64,000 nucleotides of DNA from Camelus dromedarius (Eukaryota). A program made the translations under genes and the position numbers. The stretch is taken from assembly GCF_036321535.1 (NCBI RefSeq), contig NC_087437.1, forward strand, positions 89,778,001 through 89,842,000, in the 5' to 3' direction. Positions 25,469-38,395 of the stretch are shown here, piece after piece. The notes under the pieces were generated by a model that made no database searches, had not been told where the DNA came from, and saw only the letters and a list, made by a program, of their open reading frames with translations. Each line of letters opens with the position of its first letter. Position 1 is the first letter of the stretch.

Positions 25469-28400
25469 CCCAATGCATCTGGACCTAGAGAAGCAACAGA
25501 TGAGATATGAGATGACCCAAGGTGAGGTAGGAAAGAAGGTTAAGGCAAAGCATGGCAGGAATTTTTTTATATCATAATAAGGAGCTTATATTTATTCTAC
25601 ATGCAACTGTAAGCCATTCAAGGAAATGCTGTGACCCAGTACACATTCTCAGAAGATAGTATTTTTTCTGCTCATTAATCATTATCCCTAAATCAAGAAT
25701 TTTTTAATCTCAGAGATGAATCACTGTAAAAAGTCTGTTTACAGTCAAGAACCCTACTGAGAAAATATCAAAGAATCCATGAAATCAGGGGGATTTATTG
25801 TAAAGGTAACCAACCTCTTGGTATTTTTTATTTTATACTGTAAATAACCTTCCAGTAAATGAAAACCCAAATTTACTGACTTGAACTTATACTAAAACAA
25901 AATTGTTACTCATATTTCCACATAACTCCTACTCTTTGATAGAGGATTTATCCCTTCCTTCCACTCTCAAGTGTCATTGCCTTGAGAAGATCCTTGTTAT
26001 TAATAATGGAGGACTTCCATTTTAGTGTTTATTTTTAAAGTTGCAATAGTTATTTGGGAGAAAGGAAAGTCTTGCTGGTAAACTATCTGTGATATAAATA
26101 TTATGTTTAAAACAGTTTTCTTTTTCAAAGATAGAGTTCCCTTGGTGGATAGTAATACTATGCTATCAAATAAATAATGAGTTCCCAAAAGAGAACAAAA
26201 GTGAGGTAAAAAGACATTTGAGTTTTTTCCTGTATAAGAGTACATTTTATAAACTTTATAAAATAATTCCTCTGACTAATATCATAAAAATAAGTGTTTT
26301 CTTTTCCAATAACTGAATTGTTATGCCCAAGGCAACCACTGTTATATAAATCTGAGACGTGTCAAAAGTCCTTGATAGCACAGGCAGAAACAAATCACTT
26401 TTCATTCTGCCTTGGACCTAGTGGGCACATTTTTATGAACACGTGAACACTGTGTTCAAAATGATATCCCTTTAATTATTTAAGTGTTGATCAATATGCA
26501 GTAACTTATGAATCTACTTGAAATATTCCCCAAAGAACAAGCTCCCTTTTGAAAAAAAATGTAATAACACAGTGGTTAATAGGGTGTGTTTTTCACTGTT
26601 TGATCATTTCTGAATGCACAAAGATTTCATTAATGTTGATTTCACCCATCTTGTCCATGTTTACATGCTTTGATGTTCAAGTCCTTTGTAGTGCCACATT
26701 AGATCTAGGGGAACATTGCCCTGTGAGAGCAAGGGGAAACTGCTGTGGGAAAACATTAAAATGAAACTTGATACTTTGTATAGATTTGTACAGATAACTC
26801 AGCTCAAATAATTATATGAATTATATTTTTGATTAGGCAGAGAAGGAAATTAATACCATCTTCTCATATCCTTTTTGGTGGGTTACTACATCTTTAATCT
26901 GTTAATTAGAATATTAGAATAAATTGAAGTGTTTTTAGTGAAAATTATCAAAATTAAACTTCAATAAAATAAACTGAGGTGGAATTTTAAACTATCTCAT
27001 CTAGTTTCTTAAATTTGAAGGGTGTTTTTTCTGAAGAGATGGTTGCAAAATGGTATCTGGAAAAAATATATGTATCTATAGCAAAGCTGATAGTCTCTTC
27101 ACTATAATGTTGGAAAGAAAAGATTAGCAGCTGGTTCTGGGTCTTTTCTCTAGTCTCAGGAAATCCTAAAAATCTGACTTTGGTTGAATCACCTTTGCTA
27201 TTCAAGGAATCCATGGATGTATACTGGATCTATGTACTGGACTAAGCACCTACATTTCACTGTCAAGGTTATCTATTGAATAATAAATGATCAGTATTGA
27301 CTAGATGTATTTGTACTAGAGACTGGGAACTGATGACACAGTCCTGAGAAGGCTGTGTGACTAGCAAGGCATAAAGCTGAATGGACACCAGAGTGGAGGC
27401 TTCTCTGAGGTGAGGCAGCTCATACCAAGTAGGTCTACTCTCGGGTAAGGAGTGACTGAGCACATTCAGAAGCATTTCAGGAAGTTACAAAGCCTCTGGC
27501 TAGACGTTGACATCCCTGAATCACTTGTCTTGTGACCTTTGGGTAAATCTGATGTTGGATAAATCTACTTGAGTCTCATGGACATTATCATGTATATATG
27601 AAACCAAAACTGTACTGCTGCTCTAGCAAAGTGGGCACTGCAACGGTAATATCAGATTAACAAAAAAACATTTCTGCATAGCCTGTCTGCTGAAGTAAAG
27701 GCTCTTCCTACAAGAATAATCACATTATTCATGCTCAAAACTGTTCTGATTTGTATTGTTTCCTGTCCATATCAAATTGGAACTAAATACATTATGACAT
27801 ATTTCATGAATTCTATAATTTATGCAACAACTGATTTTCACTTCAAATTCCCAGTCATATGTTTTGATAGAAATGAAACCAAAGATATGTGCTATAGAGA
27901 CAGACACATAGATTTAGAGGTGTAGATATCTTTCTCTTTATGTATTATAAATTGTATTTGTAAATAAAAATATATATATTATACTGATTATATATTATTC
28001 ATAGTAGCTGATTCATCTCATGGCTCAAATTTAGATATCTACCGAGTATTGTGTTTTTCAAAATTTGTAATAAATAACTGGAAGGTATAGATTTTTCAAA
28101 TGTCAGGCACTGAATAGAATGAGCTACGGACTCAAAGTGCAAATGCAAGAAGTTCCAAGGGGTTGGGGTATTGGCAGCAAATGGAAATGAGTGTACACTT
28201 TTAAATACAACTACTTTCAAAATGGAAAATATATGTGTATGTATATTCAAATCAATAATTATACTTAGTAACAATTCATTAAATTCACTTTGGGGACTAT
28301 AATCCCAACTCTTACTATTGGAATCATTGACCAACTAATTTTAAAGTTACCTATAAAGACAACAAACTTTTTCTTATTAAGGACAATGATAACCAACTCT

Positions 28401-30769
28401 TCCAGTTTAAAGGTTAAATCTTTTTAAGGAAAGTTTTAAATGCGTGGAATCCATCATTAGATCCCAGAATATCTAATTAATGATAAAATGATCCAATAAA
28501 CCCTACTATTTGTTAGAATTTGAATTTCATTACTACAAATTCATAACTTACAGTGCCATGATAGTTACTTTAAAAAATATAATGCTTGCTTAATGAGGGT
28601 ATTTTGACATGTAACGCACTTCCTTATTCTTTCTTGATTAAGCTTGTGTAGCCCCAGGGCACAGGAAACATCAACTCATATGGCAGGGTTGATAAGCATC
28701 AATTCTCCCTGCTGAGTGGGCCAGCAAGCTGCTTGTGAATTCAGCAGATGTTTCTACTATCTGGGCCAATGGAAACCTTATGGACCTTTTTTCCTTCATC
28801 TCCTCCCAGAAGCAAATGTTAACACAGCAGAAATTTGGACACACGCCAAATAGGAAGCAGAAGGGTTGGTAGAAAGTAGGGTACACTCTTATGCATAAAT
28901 AGTGGTCATCAGTGGTTTGCATTGACTATTAAGCCATTTCTAATGGCTTATTTTTGTACCTTTGCTACTTCATTTAACCAAACCCCTACCAATCCTTCTA
29001 TACATACATAACAGTGTTTATCCTAAACATGTAAATCTAATTCTTGAATATGCTAGCTGTTTCAAGATACAAACAAAAAATCTGAAATGTACAAAGTAGG
29101 AAAATTATTGATTTCTAATAATTTTTTCTTATAGAAATGGAAAAATCATCTAATTGTAACTTGCAGCTTTCTAGACTTAATTTTGTTGATGTCATGTTAA
29201 AAAGTAGCAATAACAGGCCCAGTTTTGATAAAAAATTTCCAAGAAAAACTACAGTGTTAAGCTTAGCACTCTATTGAATATCATTCATATTCAGTTGAAT
29301 TTTAAATATACTTTCTGAAGAATGCAATTTGATTAAATTCATGTTGCTGTTCCTCATCTCCATCTCCCCACACTCAACTACAGTGACCCAGTTGAGTGCC
29401 CATCAATTTGGGGTGATTTAGATTTTTATCACCCATGTTCAAATTTTGTATTTTAGAATTCTGCACTGTCTCTACACAGGTTTTCTCCGTAATCGACACA
29501 CAGATTTAAAGGAAGAGAACAGTTTTTAAAAGAGGTAGAGCAGATTTCTTAGATTCTAAAACTATGTATTTCCTCCATGTATTATAACACAGCAGGATAT
29601 ATTTTCTGCTGACAAAGCGATTTTAAAAAGTTAGGAAAGAAAATTTAAGACATAAATAACTTAATATTGGTTGATTTTCATCTATTCTAACATTATTTAC
29701 TGAACAGCTGCTACAAGTAAGGCATATTAAATGCAAACAAAAAGAAACAGCTATAAGCATAAGCAGACAACATAGTATAACAATTGATGGGCATTGTTTC
29801 AATAAGCTCAGCATTACCAATGTCCTATGATACATTCAGTCAACTCCAAAGCTATACTGAGTGGCTGCTCGGCAGAAGCCTTATTTTCATTTGTTTCCAT
29901 GATTACTTTAGAAAGGGCATGTCATTTTGAGCTAAGTGGCAAAGCATTTAAGTTGCTAAAAATAACGTTGGCCGTATTTTAAAATGCTTCCTGTGCATAC
30001 CATTTATGATAGGTGTGATTAGAAAAGACACTCACACTCACATGAATTTCCAGTGTCAAATATTTAACAATTTTCCCCTCTTGTATTCTAATTATCAGAA
30101 ACTTAATTTTAAATTCCTTCAAGGATTTTGTGGGTATTACTTAGCTTTGTGAATGAGAATAGAAATTCTGGTCCTGAAAGCTGGCAAACACGGCCATGAG
30201 ACAGAGGCACTATAGAGAATTAATTTCCTAGAAAAGTATTCTTTGCAAGCTGTGCAAACAGTCTTTGGTTAAACAAGGAATCAAGATGATGGAGATTTTA
30301 CATCTCAGTGAAACAACCACAGACACAATTTCTGGTTTTTATAATAATAAAAAAAAAATCCTCAACAAATAGACCATCTTTTCATTCGCTATATTATCTT
30401 TTAGAAGGAAGACTACAAAAACCTTTCAGAGGCTCAGAATTAATTAGGTAACAAATAAAATAAAAGGATTAGCAATAGGCTCATATCTGCATCATATAAG
30501 ACAATCAGAAATTGTGTGTGTTATGAAAGAGACAGTGGCCTATAGAATCTAAGGGGAGAGAGAGGCATTTAAATTCATATTCCAAAATGAACAAATCATT
30601 CCACTTCTAATTATTGGGGTTTAATAATTCTAGCATATATTCATAATCACAATTATGAAAGTTCATAAAATTTTCAAACATTTCAATATTAAAATAATTT
30701 GAAGTTTAAAAATAGCAGCACAACTTAAAGACCTATTAGATGAAGGACAAAATGGGAAAAAAAAAATTG

Positions 30770-31560
30770 AGAATGACCTTGGGTCTCCAGATAGATAATA
30801 GAATAGATGGTGGTGTCACTAATTAAGATTTAGATACAAAAGGGAAAGTAGTATATCTGTTAAATTTTTCTGTTGAGCAAATCACCCCAAAACATAGTGG
30901 CTTATATCAACAACCATTTTTATAGTTCATAGTTCTGTGAAGTGGCAATTTGTACAGAGCTCCAAAGGGCACTTCTAATTTTGAATTGTGCTCCCTAAGC
31001 TATCTATGGTTGCCAGTCTGCTGCTTTTGGGGGCTCTGATTCTGGGGGAAGGCTGGCTGTCAGCAGGGGTGACAGGTGGTGACTGGGCTTTATTTCATGG
31101 CTCTTAGGTTCCAAGAGTACAACCCAATCAGCAAGCACATTTCAAGTCTCTTTTTGCTTTAAGCTTGCTATTGTTCCATTGCCCAAGTCACAGGGTCAAG
31201 CCCAAGGGCAGTGTAGATAGAGACAACCCAAGTGAACATGAACAAAATAGCAGCCACTGGATGAGGAAACTAAAGTAGTTGATTACTGAAGAGAGAATGA
31301 TACATTCCAAGGCAAGAGAATATTTTAAGAATTAAAGATTTTTGCACCTCAGATGTTGGAGGAAAATCAAGTTTATAAAAGATCAGAAACATGTCCATGG
31401 GGACTGACCATCAATAGGTCTTAGGGGCTTTGTTATGGAGAGATTAATTTAAAACATAAAAAGAGAGCAGAATGCAGTGTTTTAGGAAGTGAACAAGAGG
31501 TGATGAAGTGAAGATATTAGGTGTAACCAACACTTTTCAAGAAACTTGACAATAAAGATT
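30770..31560 (-). mobile_element. LINE-2 fragment interrupted by a MaLR LTR
   Basis: L2-like reverse-strand text on both sides of the LTR (gatggtggtgtcactaattaagat; aacacttttcaagaaacttg). Confidence 0.5.
30852..31260 (-). mobile_element. MLT1 (ERVL-MaLR) LTR
   Basis: caaatcaccccaaaacatagtggctta...caacaaccattt and cattgcccaagtcacagggtcaagccc are typical of reverse-oriented MLT1. Confidence 0.75.
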
Positions 31561-34500
31561 TCACAAAAGCTATAAGAGAGTACAGAGCTTGAGAGAGATT
31601 TCTGTTCTTTTACTGTTTAAGACTTCACATAACTTAGTAGCATTAATGTTATATAAACATCACCCATCACATTCTTATTTTTCTTCATGAGAGCATTAAT
31701 AGAACTTAAATTGAAATAAAAATACAAAATACTATGAGAGTATATAAGAGTACACTTACACCTCATCTAACATTGCAAATCTGTCTTAAATAATCTTGGT
31801 CTTTATTTTGAGAATTATTATTCATTTTCAAGTGCTATAAAAGCCCATGAAATATTCATTTTTTTTCTTTGTCATATGTTGGTAAAAGGCTATTGGCTCA
31901 TTACATATTACTTAGTCTTTTACATCTTTCCCAATCCAATCATTGTTAACTGGCCATTGTACTATTTCCTTTCCTTCTTGAAATAAATAAGTAAAGAAAT
32001 CAAACAAGAAACATAAGGAAATAAATGCAGTTTCTCACTGACTAGTAATCCCAACAAATGTACAACTTCTATCTGATTTTCTTTACACAGATGATGGAAT
32101 ATGCAACCTTATGTATGCAATTACAAGGTGTGCATATTAAAATGAGATGGGATGTAACATTGGTGAATTTATCCACTTTGATTTTAAAGTTTGCTTCACA
32201 AAGATTGTTCATCATTTCTATGTGGTCCAGACTGCCTACTATTGCTACTCTGAACTGGTACATTTAAGAAGTTCTCTAAACTGGTCTGCCCATAAGCTAG
32301 ATAATTTGAGATAAAGTTCTTACTAACACTGAGTTTACACACTTATAGGAAATAACATAAATTGTGGGAAGATGCTTCAAAAATTGGATTTCACTTTAAG
32401 TCAATCATATTGAAATGAGAAAGGGTAAGAAGGTATAAAGAATAGCAAAAGAATATGGGTAAAGGTGCGAGAAGAGTCAACCATGAAAATGAGTTTAAAA
32501 TATAGCAAATATGCTCCATTCAACTAGATACACTGGAATGTCATGAGAAGAATGTCATCTAAAATGTATTTATGAAAATGATAATGCTGAAATACAAAAT
32601 GAAAAATTTGTATAAGCAGAAGAAAGTAAGAGAAAGAAATATATGCATATTTATATACATCTCGGAAATATAATAAGCAACGGATTTGAGATGGTTTAAA
32701 AGGAAACATGAATAAATAATGTATAACCTGATTTATACTAGAGGAACAAATAAACAGGAATGAATTAAACTGTGATTCAAAGACCGTATCAAATCAAGTC
32801 ATATCATTTAACAAAACTTTTAGGCATATCAGAGATATATCCTGTTTTTCAAATACTTACCATATTACTAAACTCATGTGTGATTTCTCTTTCCCTTTTA
32901 ATGTAGAAATCTTTAGTTAAATAGATAAAATAAGTATGACTGCAAAGTAAAAACAGTTACCAATGAGTATTTATGTAAGATATATCAAACATTTTGTTAA
33001 AAATAACTTCCCATTTTTGTTGAAAGAGCATTTCTCTAATGCACAAAAATATAGTTCCTTATAATAAAAATGCAGAGATAATCTCAACGTGTAATATTAT
33101 TGTCATTGGCAATATAAATAAAGATAAGTAATATGTCTAAAAGTACATAGCTAGGGGATGGCAAGATGAGAATTTCAAATTCAGTCTTTTATTAAATAAT
33201 TTTCTGTTCACCTCTCCACTCAAAAACAATTTGTTCAGCGTCTACTGTATGCCAAACATTATGACAGGCATGAAGTTGTTAAGTATTAAAAATGAAAATG
33301 ATGATTTGAGTTTAGTAGTGTACATGAATTTGAGACATCCAAGTAGAGGTATTTCATAAAGAGCATTTGTTCTTGCTTTCTCTCTCTTGTACTCTAGTGT
33401 TTGCAACATCTTCATTTTCAATTCTTAAATTGTAGCTACCATGTCTTTTTATCATAAAAAATTAAAGATGTATTTTTCTATTAATACATTTTAATTTTTT
33501 TCAATATAAGAAGACAGAGAGATAGAATCAACATAGTTTTTTTCCCATTTAAATTTTTTAAAATAAATTGCAATTAATTAAATAAACATGTCATTCTTTT
33601 ACTGGGATAAAATAATGAATTCATAATTATTATTTTACTTTGAAAAACTCTTTTGTACTTTAATTACATAACAAAATGGAATTCTAGATATTTTAAAAAT
33701 TGCTGAAATATAAGCAACTGGCTTATATATTGATATGCGCATTAAAGTAATTTTCTAGATCAGCGAATTCATGTTAGAAATGGTTGCCTGTACTAAAATT
33801 ACATTTCTTCTTTTGCTCTAAGAATCCTTTAATAAAAATCTTCTATTTTTTAAATTACTGAATTATTTTAAAGGTAATTTAGTACCTAATAACATGTAGA
33901 CGTGAATGGATTTATCTGAATAGCAACTGTGTGTTGGAGCATGGTTTTCTCATAAGTGAGAGTATAATTCATTTTGCATGTCAGTAAGTAAGTTTATTGT
34001 ATCAGATTGCATGTAACTGAAATAATGGAAGATCAACCTCTAGTCTTGTAACACACAAATTCACCTAGTGTTGCACAGAGTCTATATCACAGAGTAGAAT
34101 TTAGAGGAAGCAAAAATATCTAACAGCTAAAGAAGAAAAGTCATCATAGACAAACGGAAAGAGCAGTTTATAAAATTCTGAATAAAAATGATTCTCTTAA
34201 TAAGGCACAGTGAATGGATTTTATTTTTCAGGTTTATGAAGCTACAATATAATACCATCAATATAATATACATCATAATCTGTTAAATGCTATGCAAATT
34301 TTTTGAATTATACCTTTAAGACCTGGGCCAGGAACTACCATATTACTAATTCCTTCATTAACAGAAACAATGATAATTGTATTAATTCATTATACAAGAA
34401 AAGGGTAAAAATTTTTAGATGGGATAGTTTTAACTGTTTTGCAGAAAAGTCAATGTACTAATTTTTAAGATTTGAAATAACTGACAGAAAAGTTGACAAA

Positions 34501-36389
34501 ACAATTTTGGCAAATGAGCATTCAAAGGTTTGGGTCTTAGCAATACGTGACACTGAAGTTCCTTATTGCTTAGATGTCTCCTTAAGTAATCATCTGCTAA
34601 ACATTCTATTTATTTCTAAATTTGAGTTTGTTTACACCTTAGTTTTAATGTAGGTTTATTAAAATCACTTGACAAAATTTTGATAGTGAAGGACTCATCC
34701 TCATCATTATGATGTATGTGCATGTGTATGTGCATCTGTGTATAATTTATATGTATGTATTTAAGTGTATTTTCTAGATTCAACTGATTGGTAATAATTT
34801 AGCTATACATGTGGAAAAATTGAATGAAAACTTAAATCATATTTTAGTATCATGAAGATTTATAATACTAAGGCTGTGGGGCTCTTGGCTATTTAATATA
34901 AACTATACAGCTGTGCTATTTTCTCAGTTTTTTTTTTTTTTTACAGCCTTCCTTATCCTAACAATAGTTACTAACGTTATCCAAAGTTACTGTGCCACAT
35001 GATTTTATGTCTGACTTAAAGATGATCTATTGAAATGGCAGTCTTCATTATCTTTCAGGAAAATAAAGATTAAATACAAAACTTTAAAGAAAACATTTTC
35101 TAATTCCAGAGCTTTTCTTAGTGTAAAAGAGGGAGTAATCTGTCTGGTTGCAAAAGACTGATAAAAAGGTTTCATGAGAATATATTTTTACAACTGAAGG
35201 TATAATAAAGAATGAGCATTAAATAAAATGTCCCTTGGGATTGTTGTAAAATGAAAACTAGTTCCTGAATATCTTTACATTAAAATGCATGTTTGTGTAT
35301 GCTGTTTTGCGTATGGTAGCTGTACTAACATATAAAAATGTTTCATAGAATCTTCCTCTTTAAACCGCTGAAAATAGTTGTTTTTCTGTTATTAATTGCT
35401 TCTGTCTTATGACAAGAAACTCCACCATGAATAATACTGTATAAAATGTCTTTAGGACATTCACATTAAATTTAAAACATCCATATGCATATGAAATCAA
35501 CTGAATATTTTCCCTTGTCCATTTAAACAAGGAGACTATACATGTGTTTATTGATAGACAATGCTTGGCCAGTGTTCTTAGACTCTGGTACATTTTCAGA
35601 TACAGACATAAAATTCCTTTTTTTTTTTTTTTTCTTGAGAAAGCAAAAGGATGTAGAGGAAACAGTGGTGTAAGGCTGAAAAACAGCAAAGAATTTAATG
35701 AGATTGCAAGAGCTACATACCAAGCGTAATCAAAGGTAAACAAGTTCCACAAACACAAGATAAATTTCAAAACAAGAAGTATCAGCCTCAAAAACTAATG
35801 TAATGCTTTTCTGGCTAGGTAGAACTTTTTCCCTTTAAAAGGGAAATATTTAGTCTGTTACAGTTAATAATTTAGTTATTACTTACAAGAAATTATACAT
35901 CTCATCAACTTTTAGTCTTTTTTGTTCATTTGATACATGTTTATACATATTATTTTAGCACTTACTATGAACAATGTGTCATTCTTTATGTTAGGTATCA
36001 GAAATGATCAAGGTTGAAACAGACATTAGTCCTCATTCAACTTCAAGTTTGGGAAAATCAAGGACATTAAACCAATATACAGCAATCTCCAGTCTTTCTC
36101 TGAACTATACCCTATTTGACTGATCAACTCACATATCAGTGTGCCTGACAACATTTCCATTGGCTAGAAAGTTAATTACTAAGTAAATCCTCTGTAAGTG
36201 ATTAATTCATAGGCATATTTGACCACTTAAATTAAAAAAAAATTGATATGTTGAATATAGAAACAAACAAAAGACTTTTTAAGTGATCATTTCTCTAATC
36301 TGAAAATACATGTTTGATGATATCAGTGCTTCTGTTGTAGGGTTAAGTGGACTAAAACTAGCATTTAGTGTTATTTCTTGTCCAGAGAC

Positions 36390-36746
36390 AGCTAGCTATT
36401 TATGAAAATGTTCCTCTTCCTCTTCCTGTCCTTATGGTAGATCGCATTGCCCATTCTCTACTTTTCAATTTTAGTGTGATCATATGGTTGAATGACAAAG
36501 GATTGTGAGCAGAGGGGATTATTTTGTAGGCTTGACCCACCAAAAATTCCCACAGCACTCTGCTATGTCCTCCTCTCTTTCTAGTTGACTGAGATAGCCT
36601 CTTAAGGCCTCTTTTTTTCTTTAGAGGATGACAAAGCCCTTGGTAGCTTGTTTCTATGAACTTTCTTGAGAAGGGCCACACCTCAGATCAGGAACACTCA
36701 CCTCAGATCAATAGGTAAACAAGAAAATAAAAGTACATTGACTATG
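36390..36746 (+). mobile_element. MLT1 LTR, 5' part (split by an L1 insertion)
   Basis: MLT1 body motifs leading to aagaaaataaa. The LTR continues after 37956. Confidence 0.65.
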
Positions 36747-37526
36747 CCACAAATAACAAATGCTGGAAAGGCTGTGTAGAAAAGGGAATCCTCCTACACT
36801 GCTGGTGGGAACGCAGTTTGGTGCAGCCACTGTGGAAAACAGTATGGAGATTCCTCAAAGACTAGGAATAGACTTACCATATGACCCAGGAATCCCGCTC
36901 CTGGGCATATATCGAGAAGGAACCCTACTTCAAAATGACACCTGCGCCCCCATGTTCATAGTAGCACTATTTACAATAGCCAAGACATGGAAACAGCCTA
37001 AATGTCCATCAACAGATGACTGGATAAAGAAGCGGTGGTATACTTATACAATGGAATACTATTCAGTCATAAAAACTGACAACATAACGCCATTTGCAGC
37101 AACATGGGTGTTCCAGGAGAATGTCATTCTAAGTGAAGTAAGTCAGAAAGAGAAAGAAAAACACCATACAAGATCGCTCATATGCAGAATCTAAAAAAAA
37201 AAAACAAAACATAAATACAAAACAGAAACAGACTCATAGACATAGAATACAAACTTGTGGTTGCCAGGGGGATGGGGAGTAGGAAGGGGAAGAATGGGAT
37301 TTCAAAATGTAGAATAGATAAACAAGACTGTACTGTGTAGCACAGGGAAACATATACAGGATCTTGTGGTGGCTCACAGCGAAAGAGAATGTGACAATGA
37401 ATGTATGTATGTTCATGTATAATTGAAAAATTGTGCTGTACACTGGAATTTGACACAACATTGTAAAATGATTATAACTCAATAAAAAAAAGATTTGCCT
37501 AACCCTCAAAAAGAAAAAAAAAAAAA
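36747..37526 (+). mobile_element. 5'-truncated, relatively young L1: ORF2 C-terminus plus 3'UTR and A-rich tail
   Basis: [37 protein letters not shown], then a 1-nt frameshift into [18 protein letters not shown]...WKQPKCPSTDDWIKK...SLICRI* (stop ends at 37194). AATAAA at 37481 and A-tract to about 37526. Confidence 0.95.
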
Positions 37527-37938
37527 GAAGAACTGAGTTAAAAGTAATGGGAAGCAGCTTCCCAGGCCACTGTGTGGGGAGGGGTCACCCAAGCAGAGGG
37601 CTATCAGATGCAGCAGCTGAAAGGAGCCGGGGAACAAGGCTCCTCTAAGACAGAGGTGCTTGCAGCAACATGGTGTGAAGAACGCTGAAGCAAAATCATG
37701 TCAGACACTCTTAACATTAAGACCCCTGCTCCACAATCACTGAACAAAAATACCTGTGGTTAGGACCTGAGAAAATAAACTTCAAACAAGTCCCAGGGAT
37801 GATCTTCTATGTACTATATTGTGAGAATGATGATTTCTTCTTCTGGTCATGGACACCCACCATAAAGCCTCAGATAGAGAAATTGGACAAAAGCAGATGA
37901 GGTAATAAAGGCAATGGATGTGTAACAGTGAAAAAAAA
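37527..37938 (+). other. L1 3'-transduced segment with its own polyA signal and tail
   Basis: Non-L1 sequence between the L1 tail and a second A-tract starting at 37931. AATAAA at 37904-37909. Lies inside the 18-nt duplication 36729-36746 / 37939-37956. Confidence 0.85.
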
Positions 37939-37956
37939 AAAAGTACATTAACTATG

Positions 37957-38012
37957 TTCAAATCATCATCTGGGGTCTATTTGTTAGAGCATCTAGTATT
38001 GCCTAACTTCCA
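37957..38012 (+). mobile_element. MLT1 LTR, 3' tip
   Basis: tctggggtctatttgttagagcatctagtattgcctaact resembles the MLT1 3' terminus. Confidence 0.6.
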
Positions 38013-38340
38013 TCAAGGGACTCATCTGACAAAAAGACCACATTTTTCAGCTAGAAAGAACAATGAAGATGAGGATTTGGAGTGAAGAGTGAAGAAAACT
38101 GGAAATGAAAACAGACCAAAAGGAAACCTCATTGCTAAACACTAAAGACTGCACTCATAAGAGATGAGATAAAAATGAAAATTTGGTTTCTAAACCAAGA
38201 TACAAGTGAAATGTAGGTAGATACTTGTAGACCCTCAAGAGGATTTTGTATTTTGAGGTCTGCATAAGCATCCTCCTGTCTTAAACTGAGCTTCTTAGTT
38301 TATCCCTGGATGTCAGTCCCCTCTCCCAACTCCATACTTT

Positions 38341-38344
<4 letters not shown>

Positions 38345-38392
<48 letters not shown>
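38345..38392. repeat. (AG)24 microsatellite
   Basis: Perfect dinucleotide run. Confidence 0.97.

Positions 38393-38395
<3 letters not shown>

Noticed and set aside
25101..25478. Hydrophobic F/L/S-rich ORFs (and the ER-rich ORFs at 52942-53274)
   Set aside because: Translations of microsatellites.
36760..37194. 144-aa ORF as a gene
   Set aside because: It is the L1 ORF2 C-terminus, and its N-terminal part is out of frame because of a frameshift.
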